Shown here: piece by piece, positions 47,595 to 55,287 of the stretch
Layout of the letters: each line of letters begins with the position of its first letter
Numbering within the stretch: position 1 is the first letter of the stretch
Source of the DNA: a virus
Virus record (IMG/VR): IMGVR_UViG_3300027631_002653
Location: 1 to 64,000 of that record
DNA: 64,000 nucleotides
Direction: 5' to 3' (one strand)
Program-made: the position numbers and the translations under genes
The notes under the pieces: generated by a model
What the model saw: the letters and a program-made list of their open reading frames with translations, nothing else
The model's database searches: none
Told to the model about the DNA's origin: nothing

Positions 47595-48541
47595 ATATAG
47601 ACATACAATTTAATCCAAATGATATTACTATTTGGAATTATGAACCCAATGATATTAAGTTAAAAGGCGTTTATATTGATATAGAAACTAATTTAATAAC
47701 TCACATTAATACATTATATATTCCTCCAAGTAATGGTTTTATAAGTATTCCTTTATCAAATTATTATTTTCAATATTGTAAAGGTTTTAAAGTAGAATTA
47801 TATAATGGTGATGAATTAGTTTTAAGTAAATCTCACATTTATACTAATACTTTAAATAGTAGATTTTATTTCCACAGAAACGATTTTGCTCAAAATTATG
47901 GTTCATGGATGAGTTTAATACATGAACGTGAATATGAAAATAAAATATTTATAAGCCCAAATGATATTGTATATGACTTAGGAGCTAATATTGGGGCATT
48001 TACTAAATGGGCAACGTTATTTAATCCAAATTCCATTTATAGTTTTGAACCTACCCCCTCTTTATATAGTGATTTATTAAAAACATTTGAACATAATTCT
48101 AATGTTCATATTTTTGATTTAGCTATAACAGATCAAAACAAATCTATTAATTTCTATGAACTTACAGAAAATACAGGTAACTCATTAGTTGAAATACCTA
48201 AAGAAAATAGAATTGGGGATATATTTAAAGGAATAACTCAAGTACAAGGTATTAATTTAGAAGAATACGTTATAAAAAATATGTTACCATTACCTACATT
48301 ATTAAAAGTAGATATTGAAGGTAGTGAATATGATTTTTTTGAAAACACAAGTGATGCTTTCTTTTCAAATACAAACCAAATAATAGTAGAATTTCATCAT
48401 AACATTGAAGGTACTTCTAAGTTAGATAAAATACAATATATTATAAAAAGATTTTTAAATTTAGGTTATAAAATACAAGTTAAAGAAGGTGATTCAATTG
48501 ATAACGATATGTTTACAATTCTTCTAACTAAATTTGGTTAA
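47591..48541 (+). CDS. FkbM-family methyltransferase with N-terminal extension
   Basis: DLGANIGAF, SFEP, KVDIEGSE, VEFH. Confidence 0.88.
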   Translation: MNIDIQFNPNDITIWNYEPNDIKLKGVYIDIETNLITHINTLYIPPSNGFISIPLSNYYFQYCKGFKVELYNGDELVLSKSHIYTNTLNSRFYFHRNDFAQNYGSWMSLIHEREYENKIFISPNDIVYDLGANIGAFTKWATLFNPNSIYSFEPTPSLYSDLLKTFEHNSNVHIFDLAITDQNKSINFYELTENTGNSLVEIPKENRIGDIFKGITQVQGINLEEYVIKNMLPLPTLLKVDIEGSEYDFFENTSDAFFSNTNQIIVEFHHNIEGTSKLDKIQYIIKRFLNLGYKIQVKEGDSIDNDMFTILLTKFG

Positions 48542-48562
48542 TTAAAAAATTATTCGTATATT
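48533..48562 (+). promoter_or_regulatory. TTGG-N19-TATATT promoter
   Basis: TTTGG 48533-48537, TATATT 48557. Confidence 0.75.
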
Positions 48563-48578
48563 ACAACAAATAAAAAAC

Positions 48579-49187
48579 ATGAGTTACATAGGTAAAGAAT
48601 TTCCGTTAGTACATCTCAAAACAGTAAATTATGTTGATGAACGTATCTACATTATTGATGAAGCTAGAAAACAAGGTAAAAAACTATTGTTATTTTGGTA
48701 CCCAAAAGATTTTACATTTGTTTGTCCAACCGAACTACATGCTTTTCAAGCAGCACTACCCGAATTTGAAGCTCGTAATACAATTGTAATTGGGGCAAGT
48801 TGTGATTCGGTTGAAGTACACCAAGCATGGTTACGTACACCAAAAGATAAAGGTGGTATTGAAGGTGTTACATATCCAATTTTAGCAGATACAACTCGAA
48901 TACTAGCAGAATCATTAGATATTTTAGATTATAATGGTTGGGATAGTAAAGATGGTGATAACGTAACTTATAGAGCAACTTATTTGATTGATGAAGAGGG
49001 TATAGTGTTTCATGAAAGCGTGAACCATATGTCGCTAGGTCGTGACATAAATGAGTATTTGCGTTTAATAGACGCTTATACACACGTACAAAACGTAGGT
49101 GAAGTGTGTCCGGCCAATTGGAAAAATGGGGCACAAGCAATAAAAGCAGATATAGATAGTTTAAGTGATTATTTAAAAAATATTTAA
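48579..49187 (+). CDS. ahpC: Peroxiredoxin (AhpC-type, 2-Cys)
   Basis: YPKDFTFVCPTE, GEVCPANW. Confidence 0.92.
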   Translation: MSYIGKEFPLVHLKTVNYVDERIYIIDEARKQGKKLLLFWYPKDFTFVCPTELHAFQAALPEFEARNTIVIGASCDSVEVHQAWLRTPKDKGGIEGVTYPILADTTRILAESLDILDYNGWDSKDGDNVTYRATYLIDEEGIVFHESVNHMSLGRDINEYLRLIDAYTHVQNVGEVCPANWKNGAQAIKADIDSLSDYLKNI

Positions 49188-49234
49188 AGCTTGCATAACT
49201 ATACCATACCATTTAATCCGTATATACAATAAAA

Positions 49235-49528
49235 ATGAGACTAAATAGAGAACAAAAACGCGAACAAGCCGTAATTGATTTAATAAATCAAATGTTTATT
49301 ATTGCCGGCCATCAAGTTACGTACGATGATATTAAAGACCGTAAAGATGCTTGGTATTCGGAATGGGAAATGACAGTTCAACAAGCCGAGGAATGGAAAA
49401 AATGGGGAATTGCTTATTTACGTAAGAATCTAAAACTAAATAAAGCATTAGCCGAGCGTGAAATGCTGTGGGTTAATTTACAATGGGGACTAAAATATAG
49501 TAATTGGGAAGAATACCATGAAAAATAA
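49235..49528 (+). CDS. Hypothetical protein
   Basis: ORF. Confidence 0.55.
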   Translation: MRLNREQKREQAVIDLINQMFIIAGHQVTYDDIKDRKDAWYSEWEMTVQQAEEWKKWGIAYLRKNLKLNKALAEREMLWVNLQWGLKYSNWEEYHEK

Positions 49529-49718
49529 AAACGAAATGTTGTTATCAAAATCACACTACCACGAGATGGTAGATAGATTACACGTGATAACATGCATGAT
49601 TGATACTCATTTATTGCAACATCCAGTAGCAAAACTGGATAAAAATATAAGTGGTAACATTGAAAAAGCAGTTGAGTTGTTGTGTGAGGCATATCAACAG
49701 GCAGGTTCAAAATTATAA
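49518..49718 (+). CDS. Hypothetical protein
   Basis: HYHEMVDR...LLQHPV. Confidence 0.55.
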   Translation: MKNKNEMLLSKSHYHEMVDRLHVITCMIDTHLLQHPVAKLDKNISGNIEKAVELLCEAYQQAGSKL

Positions 49719-49932
49719 TAATTAATAAATTGATTTAGTGAAAAATAAGGTTAAATTTACAGGTACAACAATGGGAGCGGAGGAATTCGTTGAATATTGG
49801 AATAAGCATTACCCACAAAATGAAAAATCTAAGAAAATTTTACGGAAAAATACCAATCGAGGTAAAGACAGTGATTAGTATTTTGGGGATTGGTGTGGGT
49901 GAATTGATATTGGACTATTTAATAAAGAATAT

Positions 49933-50193
49933 ATGGCTATAAAACCACAAGCAATTAGAAAAGGAGTTATCGTTAAATTCGATAACATAGAGGTTGATAA
50001 ACAAAATATTATCACGGCAAGTGAGACTTGGTCTCTAAACCATGAAATATTGTTTAGGAAACTTTTACAACAAGGTGGTATAGTTAAGATTAATGGAGTA
50101 AAGGTTGAGGTAATTCCCTCTATGAAAGTAGTTAATTCACAAGGTAATCCTGAAGTGAAAGGACCATTAATTGACCCCTTAGCTAGATTTTAA
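49933..50193 (+). CDS. Hypothetical protein
   Basis: Packed ORF. Confidence 0.55.
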   Translation: MAIKPQAIRKGVIVKFDNIEVDKQNIITASETWSLNHEILFRKLLQQGGIVKINGVKVEVIPSMKVVNSQGNPEVKGPLIDPLARF

Positions 50194-50762
50194 TGAATAA
50201 TTTAATAATAATATCACATCCTAATAAAAATAGTTTTTGTTATAATGGTATTATGAAAACCATTAAAAGGACTTTGGAACAAAATAAAGAAGAAGTTTGG
50301 GTAATTGATTTGTATGCAGAAAATAAAACATTTGTGTTTGAATCTGATAAAATTAAAGAATATAAAAAACTTATCACTTGGAGTGATAGAATTTATATAA
50401 TATCTCCTGTTTGGTGGTTTAGAACTACTCCAGCTTTGGAATCATTTTTTGATCAAATTTTTACCCCAGGATTTGCATATAATTTTATACCTTTAACAAA
50501 ACTTTATGGTTATCCTAAACCTCTATTAAAGTCTAAAAAAGTAAGAACATACCTTACACATGGAGCACCAAGAATACCAGTTTTATTATTATATTTAAAT
50601 TCAGTAAAACTAAGATTAGTGATGGGGGTTTATTCATTTGTATTTGGTTGGTTTAAAACTAAAACATCTCAATTTTGGAGTGTACCTTTTGTTTCCCAAG
50701 AAAAAAGACAATCATATTTAACAAGTATTAAAAGAGATATTAAAAAAGATTTAAACTTATGA
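50193..50762 (+). CDS. Flavodoxin-like NAD(P)H oxidoreductase
   Basis: SHPNKNSF, DLY, SPVWW, FFDQIFTPGFAY, THGAP. Confidence 0.85.
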   Translation: MNNLIIISHPNKNSFCYNGIMKTIKRTLEQNKEEVWVIDLYAENKTFVFESDKIKEYKKLITWSDRIYIISPVWWFRTTPALESFFDQIFTPGFAYNFIPLTKLYGYPKPLLKSKKVRTYLTHGAPRIPVLLLYLNSVKLRLVMGVYSFVFGWFKTKTSQFWSVPFVSQEKRQSYLTSIKRDIKKDLNL

Positions 50763-51052
50763 CATACGAAAGATTTTTAAAAATAATTACAGAGATAGAA
50801 AAGCAAGATAAGATAGTGTCTGCTCTCTATGATTTGAAAGTAGATTTAATAGATTGGACTGATCCTTATGGAAGTATTATAGGTGAATTAATAAAAGAGA
50901 TTTATGGGGAAGAAGGGTATGACTGGTTTTCTTGGTACTGTTATGAAAGAGACTTTGGAAGCAAAGAAGTAGGGGCTTGGGATGAAAATAAAAATCCAAT
51001 CTGTTACAGTCACGAATCACTTTGGGAGTATTTAGAAAAAATTCCTAAATAA
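50759..51052 (+). CDS. Hypothetical protein
   Basis: DWFSWYCYERDFG...LWEYL. Confidence 0.55.
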   Translation: MTYERFLKIITEIEKQDKIVSALYDLKVDLIDWTDPYGSIIGELIKEIYGEEGYDWFSWYCYERDFGSKEVGAWDENKNPICYSHESLWEYLEKIPK

Positions 51053-51108
51053 TTAATTTTTAATATTAAAGTAATATAATAATTATACAATTTATTATTT
51101 ATAAATGA

Positions 51109-51792
51109 ATGAAAACACTTATTATTTCAGACCTTCACATAGGGTCTAAAGGTTGTAAAACAGATGAGATTTTAGAATTATTAAAAGACGAGTCATTTGA
51201 ACGTTATATTTTAGTAGGAGATATAATTGATGGTTGGTTATTTACTAAATATAAAAAATTTTCTTATCAACATACAAGAGTAATTCGTCGTTTTCTTAAA
51301 TTATCTAAAGATAAGGAAATTATTTGGATTTCAGGTAACCACGATGAATTTTTACGTAAATATTCTCCGGTTGAATTAGGTAATATTAAAGTAGTAGATG
51401 AATTTATTGAAAATGGCGTTTGGTATTGTCATGGAGACAAATACGATGGTATTATTAAGATGCATTGGTTAGGTATGTTAGGTTCAGTTGGTTATGATTT
51501 AGCTATTGTGATTGACAGATTTTTAAAGCGTTTTAATAAAAAAACTAGTTTATCTAAATTTTTAAAGGATAATGTTAAAGCCGCTGTTTCGTTTTTAGTT
51601 GATTTTGAAAATGAAATGGTTCGTCAAGCTAAAAAACGTAAATGTCACACTGTAGTTTGTGGTCATATTCATACTCCAAATTTTAAAAATATTGATGGTG
51701 TTTATTATATAAATTGTGGTGATTGGGTAGAAAATTGTACACATGTTATATTAGAAAATAATGACTTTGAACTATGGTATCAAAACAATTAA
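51109..51792 (+). CDS. PlcP-like metallophosphoesterase (LpxH family)
   Basis: ISDLHIG, GDIIDGW, GNHDEFLR, HGDKYD, WLGMLGSVGYD, SLSKFLKDNVKAAVSF..FE, CGHIH, NCGDWVE. Confidence 0.8.
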   Translation: MKTLIISDLHIGSKGCKTDEILELLKDESFERYILVGDIIDGWLFTKYKKFSYQHTRVIRRFLKLSKDKEIIWISGNHDEFLRKYSPVELGNIKVVDEFIENGVWYCHGDKYDGIIKMHWLGMLGSVGYDLAIVIDRFLKRFNKKTSLSKFLKDNVKAAVSFLVDFENEMVRQAKKRKCHTVVCGHIHTPNFKNIDGVYYINCGDWVENCTHVILENNDFELWYQNN

Positions 51793-52490
51793 CAATCGTA
51801 ATTCCAACTTATAATGAGGGTAAATACATTGCTCGAACATTATATGCTATTGCTGCTCAATCAGGAACACATAAAGTAAAAATTATAATAGCGGATGCTA
51901 AATCAACTGATAATACTAGAACATTAGCTGAGGTGAATGGATTTGAATTAGGATTAAATTTAAAAGTTATAGATGGAGGTTTACCTGCTGTAGGTAGGAA
52001 TGCTGGAGCTAAATTAGCAACTACACCTTATATTTTATTTTTAGATGCTGATGTAACATTTACTCACAAATATGCTATTAAGGAAGCGTTTAGTGAAATG
52101 ATAAATGGTAAATATGAAATGTTAGGAACAACACCGGTTTATAAGGGTGAGTTCGACATTAGAGCATCCATTATGTTCGGTCTAAACAAGTATGTAACGT
52201 GGTTACTATCTAAAACCGAACCATTTGCCATAGGTGGATTTACAATGGTTAGTAGACGAATATTTAATTCTTTGGGTGGTTATGATGAGAAAGCAACACA
52301 AAGTGAGGATTGGTTACTAAGTAAAAAAATAAAACCTAATAAATTCAAATTAATACCAGAATTAATCACTCAGGACAACAGGCGATTTAAGCGTTATGGT
52401 TATTTTAGTATGATAAAATTGTTATATAATAATTGGAAGAATCGTAACAATACTCAATATTTTTACGAGGATCAAGGTTACTGGAATTAA
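51774..52490 (+). CDS. GT2 glycosyltransferase
   Basis: IVIPTYNE, DAKSTDNT, GRNAGA, FLDAD, GGYDE, EDW, RRF. Confidence 0.88.
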   Translation: MVSKQLTIVIPTYNEGKYIARTLYAIAAQSGTHKVKIIIADAKSTDNTRTLAEVNGFELGLNLKVIDGGLPAVGRNAGAKLATTPYILFLDADVTFTHKYAIKEAFSEMINGKYEMLGTTPVYKGEFDIRASIMFGLNKYVTWLLSKTEPFAIGGFTMVSRRIFNSLGGYDEKATQSEDWLLSKKIKPNKFKLIPELITQDNRRFKRYGYFSMIKLLYNNWKNRNNTQYFYEDQGYWN

Positions 52491-52506
52491 TTAATATTTA
52501 TAATAA

Positions 52507-52890
52507 ATGGCATACTCAGATAAAGTAATCGATCATTACACCAACCCAAGAAACATTGGCACTTTGGATAAATCAGACCCACGTGTTGGAACGGGATTGG
52601 TAGGTGCTCCGGAATGTGGAGATGTGATGCGTTTACAAATTATGGTTGAGGATGGTATTATTAAAGATGCTAAATTTAAAACATTTGGTTGTGGTTCTGC
52701 CATTGCCTCAAGTTCATTAACTACGGAATGGATAAAAGGTAAATCATTAGAACAAGCATTAACTATTGATAACATGGATATTGTTGAGGAGTTAGCATTA
52801 CCACCAGTTAAAATACATTGCTCAGTATTAGCAGAAGATGCTATTAAGAAAGCCATTGAGGATTATAAGAATAAACATCTAAATGGATAG
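52507..52890 (+). CDS. iscU: Fe-S cluster scaffold IscU
   Basis: YSDKVIDHY, GAPECGD, FGCGSAIAS, LPPVKIHCS. Confidence 0.95.
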   Translation: MAYSDKVIDHYTNPRNIGTLDKSDPRVGTGLVGAPECGDVMRLQIMVEDGIIKDAKFKTFGCGSAIASSSLTTEWIKGKSLEQALTIDNMDIVEELALPPVKIHCSVLAEDAIKKAIEDYKNKHLNG

Positions 52891-53170
52891 AGCAACACTT
52901 GAACGATTGGATGATGATGATTGGTATATCTTAAAACGAAAACCACTCCCATTATCAGCAGAAACTCTACTTAAATTAGGTAGGTGCTGCGGGAATAAAT
53001 GCTTAAATTGTCCATACAAACCAAAACATACCATAGGAAATGAAAATATTCACTTTGACCACGAAAGCCAAATCACAATTAGACAAACTAATGGTGGAGG
53101 AACAATGCACCGAAGATCATTTTTTAAGAGTATCAGTAAAAGGTGGAGGTTGCTCTGGTCTAACTTATGA
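52883..53170 (+). CDS. Cys-rich small protein (DUF5522-like)
   Basis: LLKLGRCCGNKCLNCPY. Confidence 0.55.
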   Translation: MDRATLERLDDDDWYILKRKPLPLSAETLLKLGRCCGNKCLNCPYKPKHTIGNENIHFDHESQITIRQTNGGGTMHRRSFFKSISKRWRLLWSNL

Positions 53171-53372
53171 TTTAGACTTTGATGATACGATAGTTCCTTT
53201 TGATGAAATATCAGAAGATCAAGGTTTAAAATTAGTTATTGATAAAAGGTCCCTATTATATTTATTAGGAACCGAACTTGATTTTACAGACGGTCTAAAT
53301 GGTAAAGGATTCTTATTCACTAATCCAAACGCAAGTAGAACTTGTGGTTGTGGTGAGAGTTTTGGAATATAA
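53040..53372 (+). CDS. iscA: A-type Fe-S carrier IscA/HesB
   Basis: GGGCSG, GFLFTNPNA..TCGCGESF. Confidence 0.92.
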   Translation: MKIFTLTTKAKSQLDKLMVEEQCTEDHFLRVSVKGGGCSGLTYDLDFDDTIVPFDEISEDQGLKLVIDKRSLLYLLGTELDFTDGLNGKGFLFTNPNASRTCGCGESFGI

Positions 53373-53383
53373 TATATAATAGA

Positions 53384-53803
53384 TTGAAAACAACTTATCA
53401 AACTAAATTTTCATTATTCTTTGCAGATGGTAAGCGACTTACCTATGGAAATTGCTTGATTGCTTGTATTGCCTCTATTTTGGACCAACCAATTGATGAA
53501 GTACCTAATGTTTATACATTTTATGGTTTAGATGATAAGGAAGATAAGGTTACTGAAAATCATCTGTGGTTTAAGACAATGAATATTTGGCTTAATTTAA
53601 AACATAAAAAACAATTAATTAAACATGATTTAACTGAACCTACAGAACAAGAATATGTTGTTATGAGAGGCTTATCTAAACGTGGTAATCCACATTGTTG
53701 TATTTATATTAATGATGAAAATGGTTTATTATTGCCTTATTTTGACCCTCATCCAACATCACAGTTTCTATTTGAGGAACAATATTATTATACTATAGAG
53801 TAA
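53384..53803 (+). CDS. Hypothetical protein
   Basis: GNCLIACIASIL...HCC...FDPHP; TTG start. Confidence 0.55.
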   Translation: MKTTYQTKFSLFFADGKRLTYGNCLIACIASILDQPIDEVPNVYTFYGLDDKEDKVTENHLWFKTMNIWLNLKHKKQLIKHDLTEPTEQEYVVMRGLSKRGNPHCCIYINDENGLLLPYFDPHPTSQFLFEEQYYYTIE

Positions 53804-53809
53804 AAAGTT

Positions 53810-54070
53810 ATGATATTAAATGAAGTTATTTGGCACAACGGAAACGCCTATAAAATTATTAGAAAAATTAAACAGCATCAAGTTTCACCTAAAGGTATTT
53901 TAAATAAAGAAATACTTGCTGAGTGGAGAGATTATGTTGGAGCCGATCACGTTTTACAACAACACGATGAATTCTGGTTGTGTGAAACAATTCCAGAAGC
54001 AATACTTATAGAAGATGAAATTCAAAATTTGGTGGAAGAATCTGTGGTATCACATGAAGAAAATACATAA
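53810..54070 (+). CDS. Hypothetical protein
   Basis: AAAAGTTATG start context. Confidence 0.55.
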   Translation: MILNEVIWHNGNAYKIIRKIKQHQVSPKGILNKEILAEWRDYVGADHVLQQHDEFWLCETIPEAILIEDEIQNLVEESVVSHEENT

Positions 54071-54102
54071 TTTAGGTTATGGTAGTAGGTTTTAAAAATA
54101 AA

Positions 54103-55218
54103 ATGAAACGTATATTAATGCTGTTAATGCTTTTGGTCTCCTTAGCATCAGCGAACGCAAAATGTGATTGGAGCTCACTAAAACTCCAACAATGGAATGA
54201 ACGTAATTACTATAAATGGTATGTAAGTGGAAAAGTATTAGATGACACTTGTGTTGATTGGATGTTTATGGTTTACGATTTTCAAACCAAAAAGACTGAT
54301 ACTTTAAATGATAATAGAGGTTTAGTTGAGGTTTTATTTAATAAAAAAGGCAAATACAAAATGTATTTGAAGGTATGGAACAAATGTTTAAAATGTGATA
54401 CAACTTTATATCGTGAGGTAAACATCGTTCAATTTCCAGGTGCTTCAGTATCCAGCACTATAAACGCTTTAAATTGTAAAAACTATAAGTTTGAGTTGAG
54501 TTATATTAAAGGTTTTTCAGTAAAAGACACTTGTATGGATTATTACTTGATGTTTTATTCAGGACCTTGGATGGCTAAAATGACTCAAAGTGAGTGGGAT
54601 AATTTGACTGATTATCAAATTGGGATGGAGTATGATTTTCCAGATGCTGATTATTTAGGTTATACTGAAACACGAGTTGTAGATTATACTTTTAAGAACG
54701 CTGGTCGTGTATTAATGATTGCTCAATGGTGGAACAAATGTATTGCCCAAGACACATTCATGTTTAGGAAGTTAGATGTTTGTAAAACAACTACAAAACC
54801 TAGATGTAATTGGTCTAAACTTGGATTTGGATATAATAACAAATGTAATACTTATGTTTTTGAATTAGGTTCACTTGATACTTGTATTAGTTATACAACT
54901 TACATCTATAATTTAAAAACCGGTAGATGGGTTGATACGTTTAGAACAAGAATTTTTACTAAAACATTTGCCGATACAGGTAAGTATAAAATATATGTTA
55001 TAGCTAAAAATAAATGTGGTGGGTGTGATACTGCTTATTATAATTGGATACGGGTTGAATGTCAACAAACATCAGGTATTAATGAAGTTATTAAAAGTGA
55101 ACCTAAGTTAATTAGTATGTATGATATGTTAGGTCGTCCCGTTCATAATGCTCGTGAAAATGAAATTACTATTTATTTATATAGTGATGGTTCAACACGC
55201 AAAGTAATTAAAAAATAA
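54103..55218 (+). CDS. Secreted Cys-rich repeat protein with T9SS-like C-terminal domain
   Basis: Signal peptide MKRILMLLMLLVSLASANA; three PKD-like repeats; C-terminus SGINE...YDMLGR...IYLYSDGSTRKVIKK. Confidence 0.65.
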   Translation: MKRILMLLMLLVSLASANAKCDWSSLKLQQWNERNYYKWYVSGKVLDDTCVDWMFMVYDFQTKKTDTLNDNRGLVEVLFNKKGKYKMYLKVWNKCLKCDTTLYREVNIVQFPGASVSSTINALNCKNYKFELSYIKGFSVKDTCMDYYLMFYSGPWMAKMTQSEWDNLTDYQIGMEYDFPDADYLGYTETRVVDYTFKNAGRVLMIAQWWNKCIAQDTFMFRKLDVCKTTTKPRCNWSKLGFGYNNKCNTYVFELGSLDTCISYTTYIYNLKTGRWVDTFRTRIFTKTFADTGKYKIYVIAKNKCGGCDTAYYNWIRVECQQTSGINEVIKSEPKLISMYDMLGRPVHNARENEITIYLYSDGSTRKVIKK

Positions 55219-55237
55219 TTTAAAAATAATTCATGAG

Positions 55238-55270
55238 AGGGTTGGCTTAGCCAACCCTTTTTTGTATATT
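55238..55270 (+). terminator. Intrinsic terminator overlapping a promoter
   Basis: AGGGTTGGC-TTA-GCCAACCCT followed by TTTTT; TTGG 55242-55245 lies 19 nt before TATATT 55265. Confidence 0.78.
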
Positions 55271-55287
55271 CACGTATAATAAAGGTT

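Noticed and set aside
49188-49226. Additional promoter copy upstream of 49235
   Set aside because: CGTATATA is present but there is no TTGG at the 19-nt spacing
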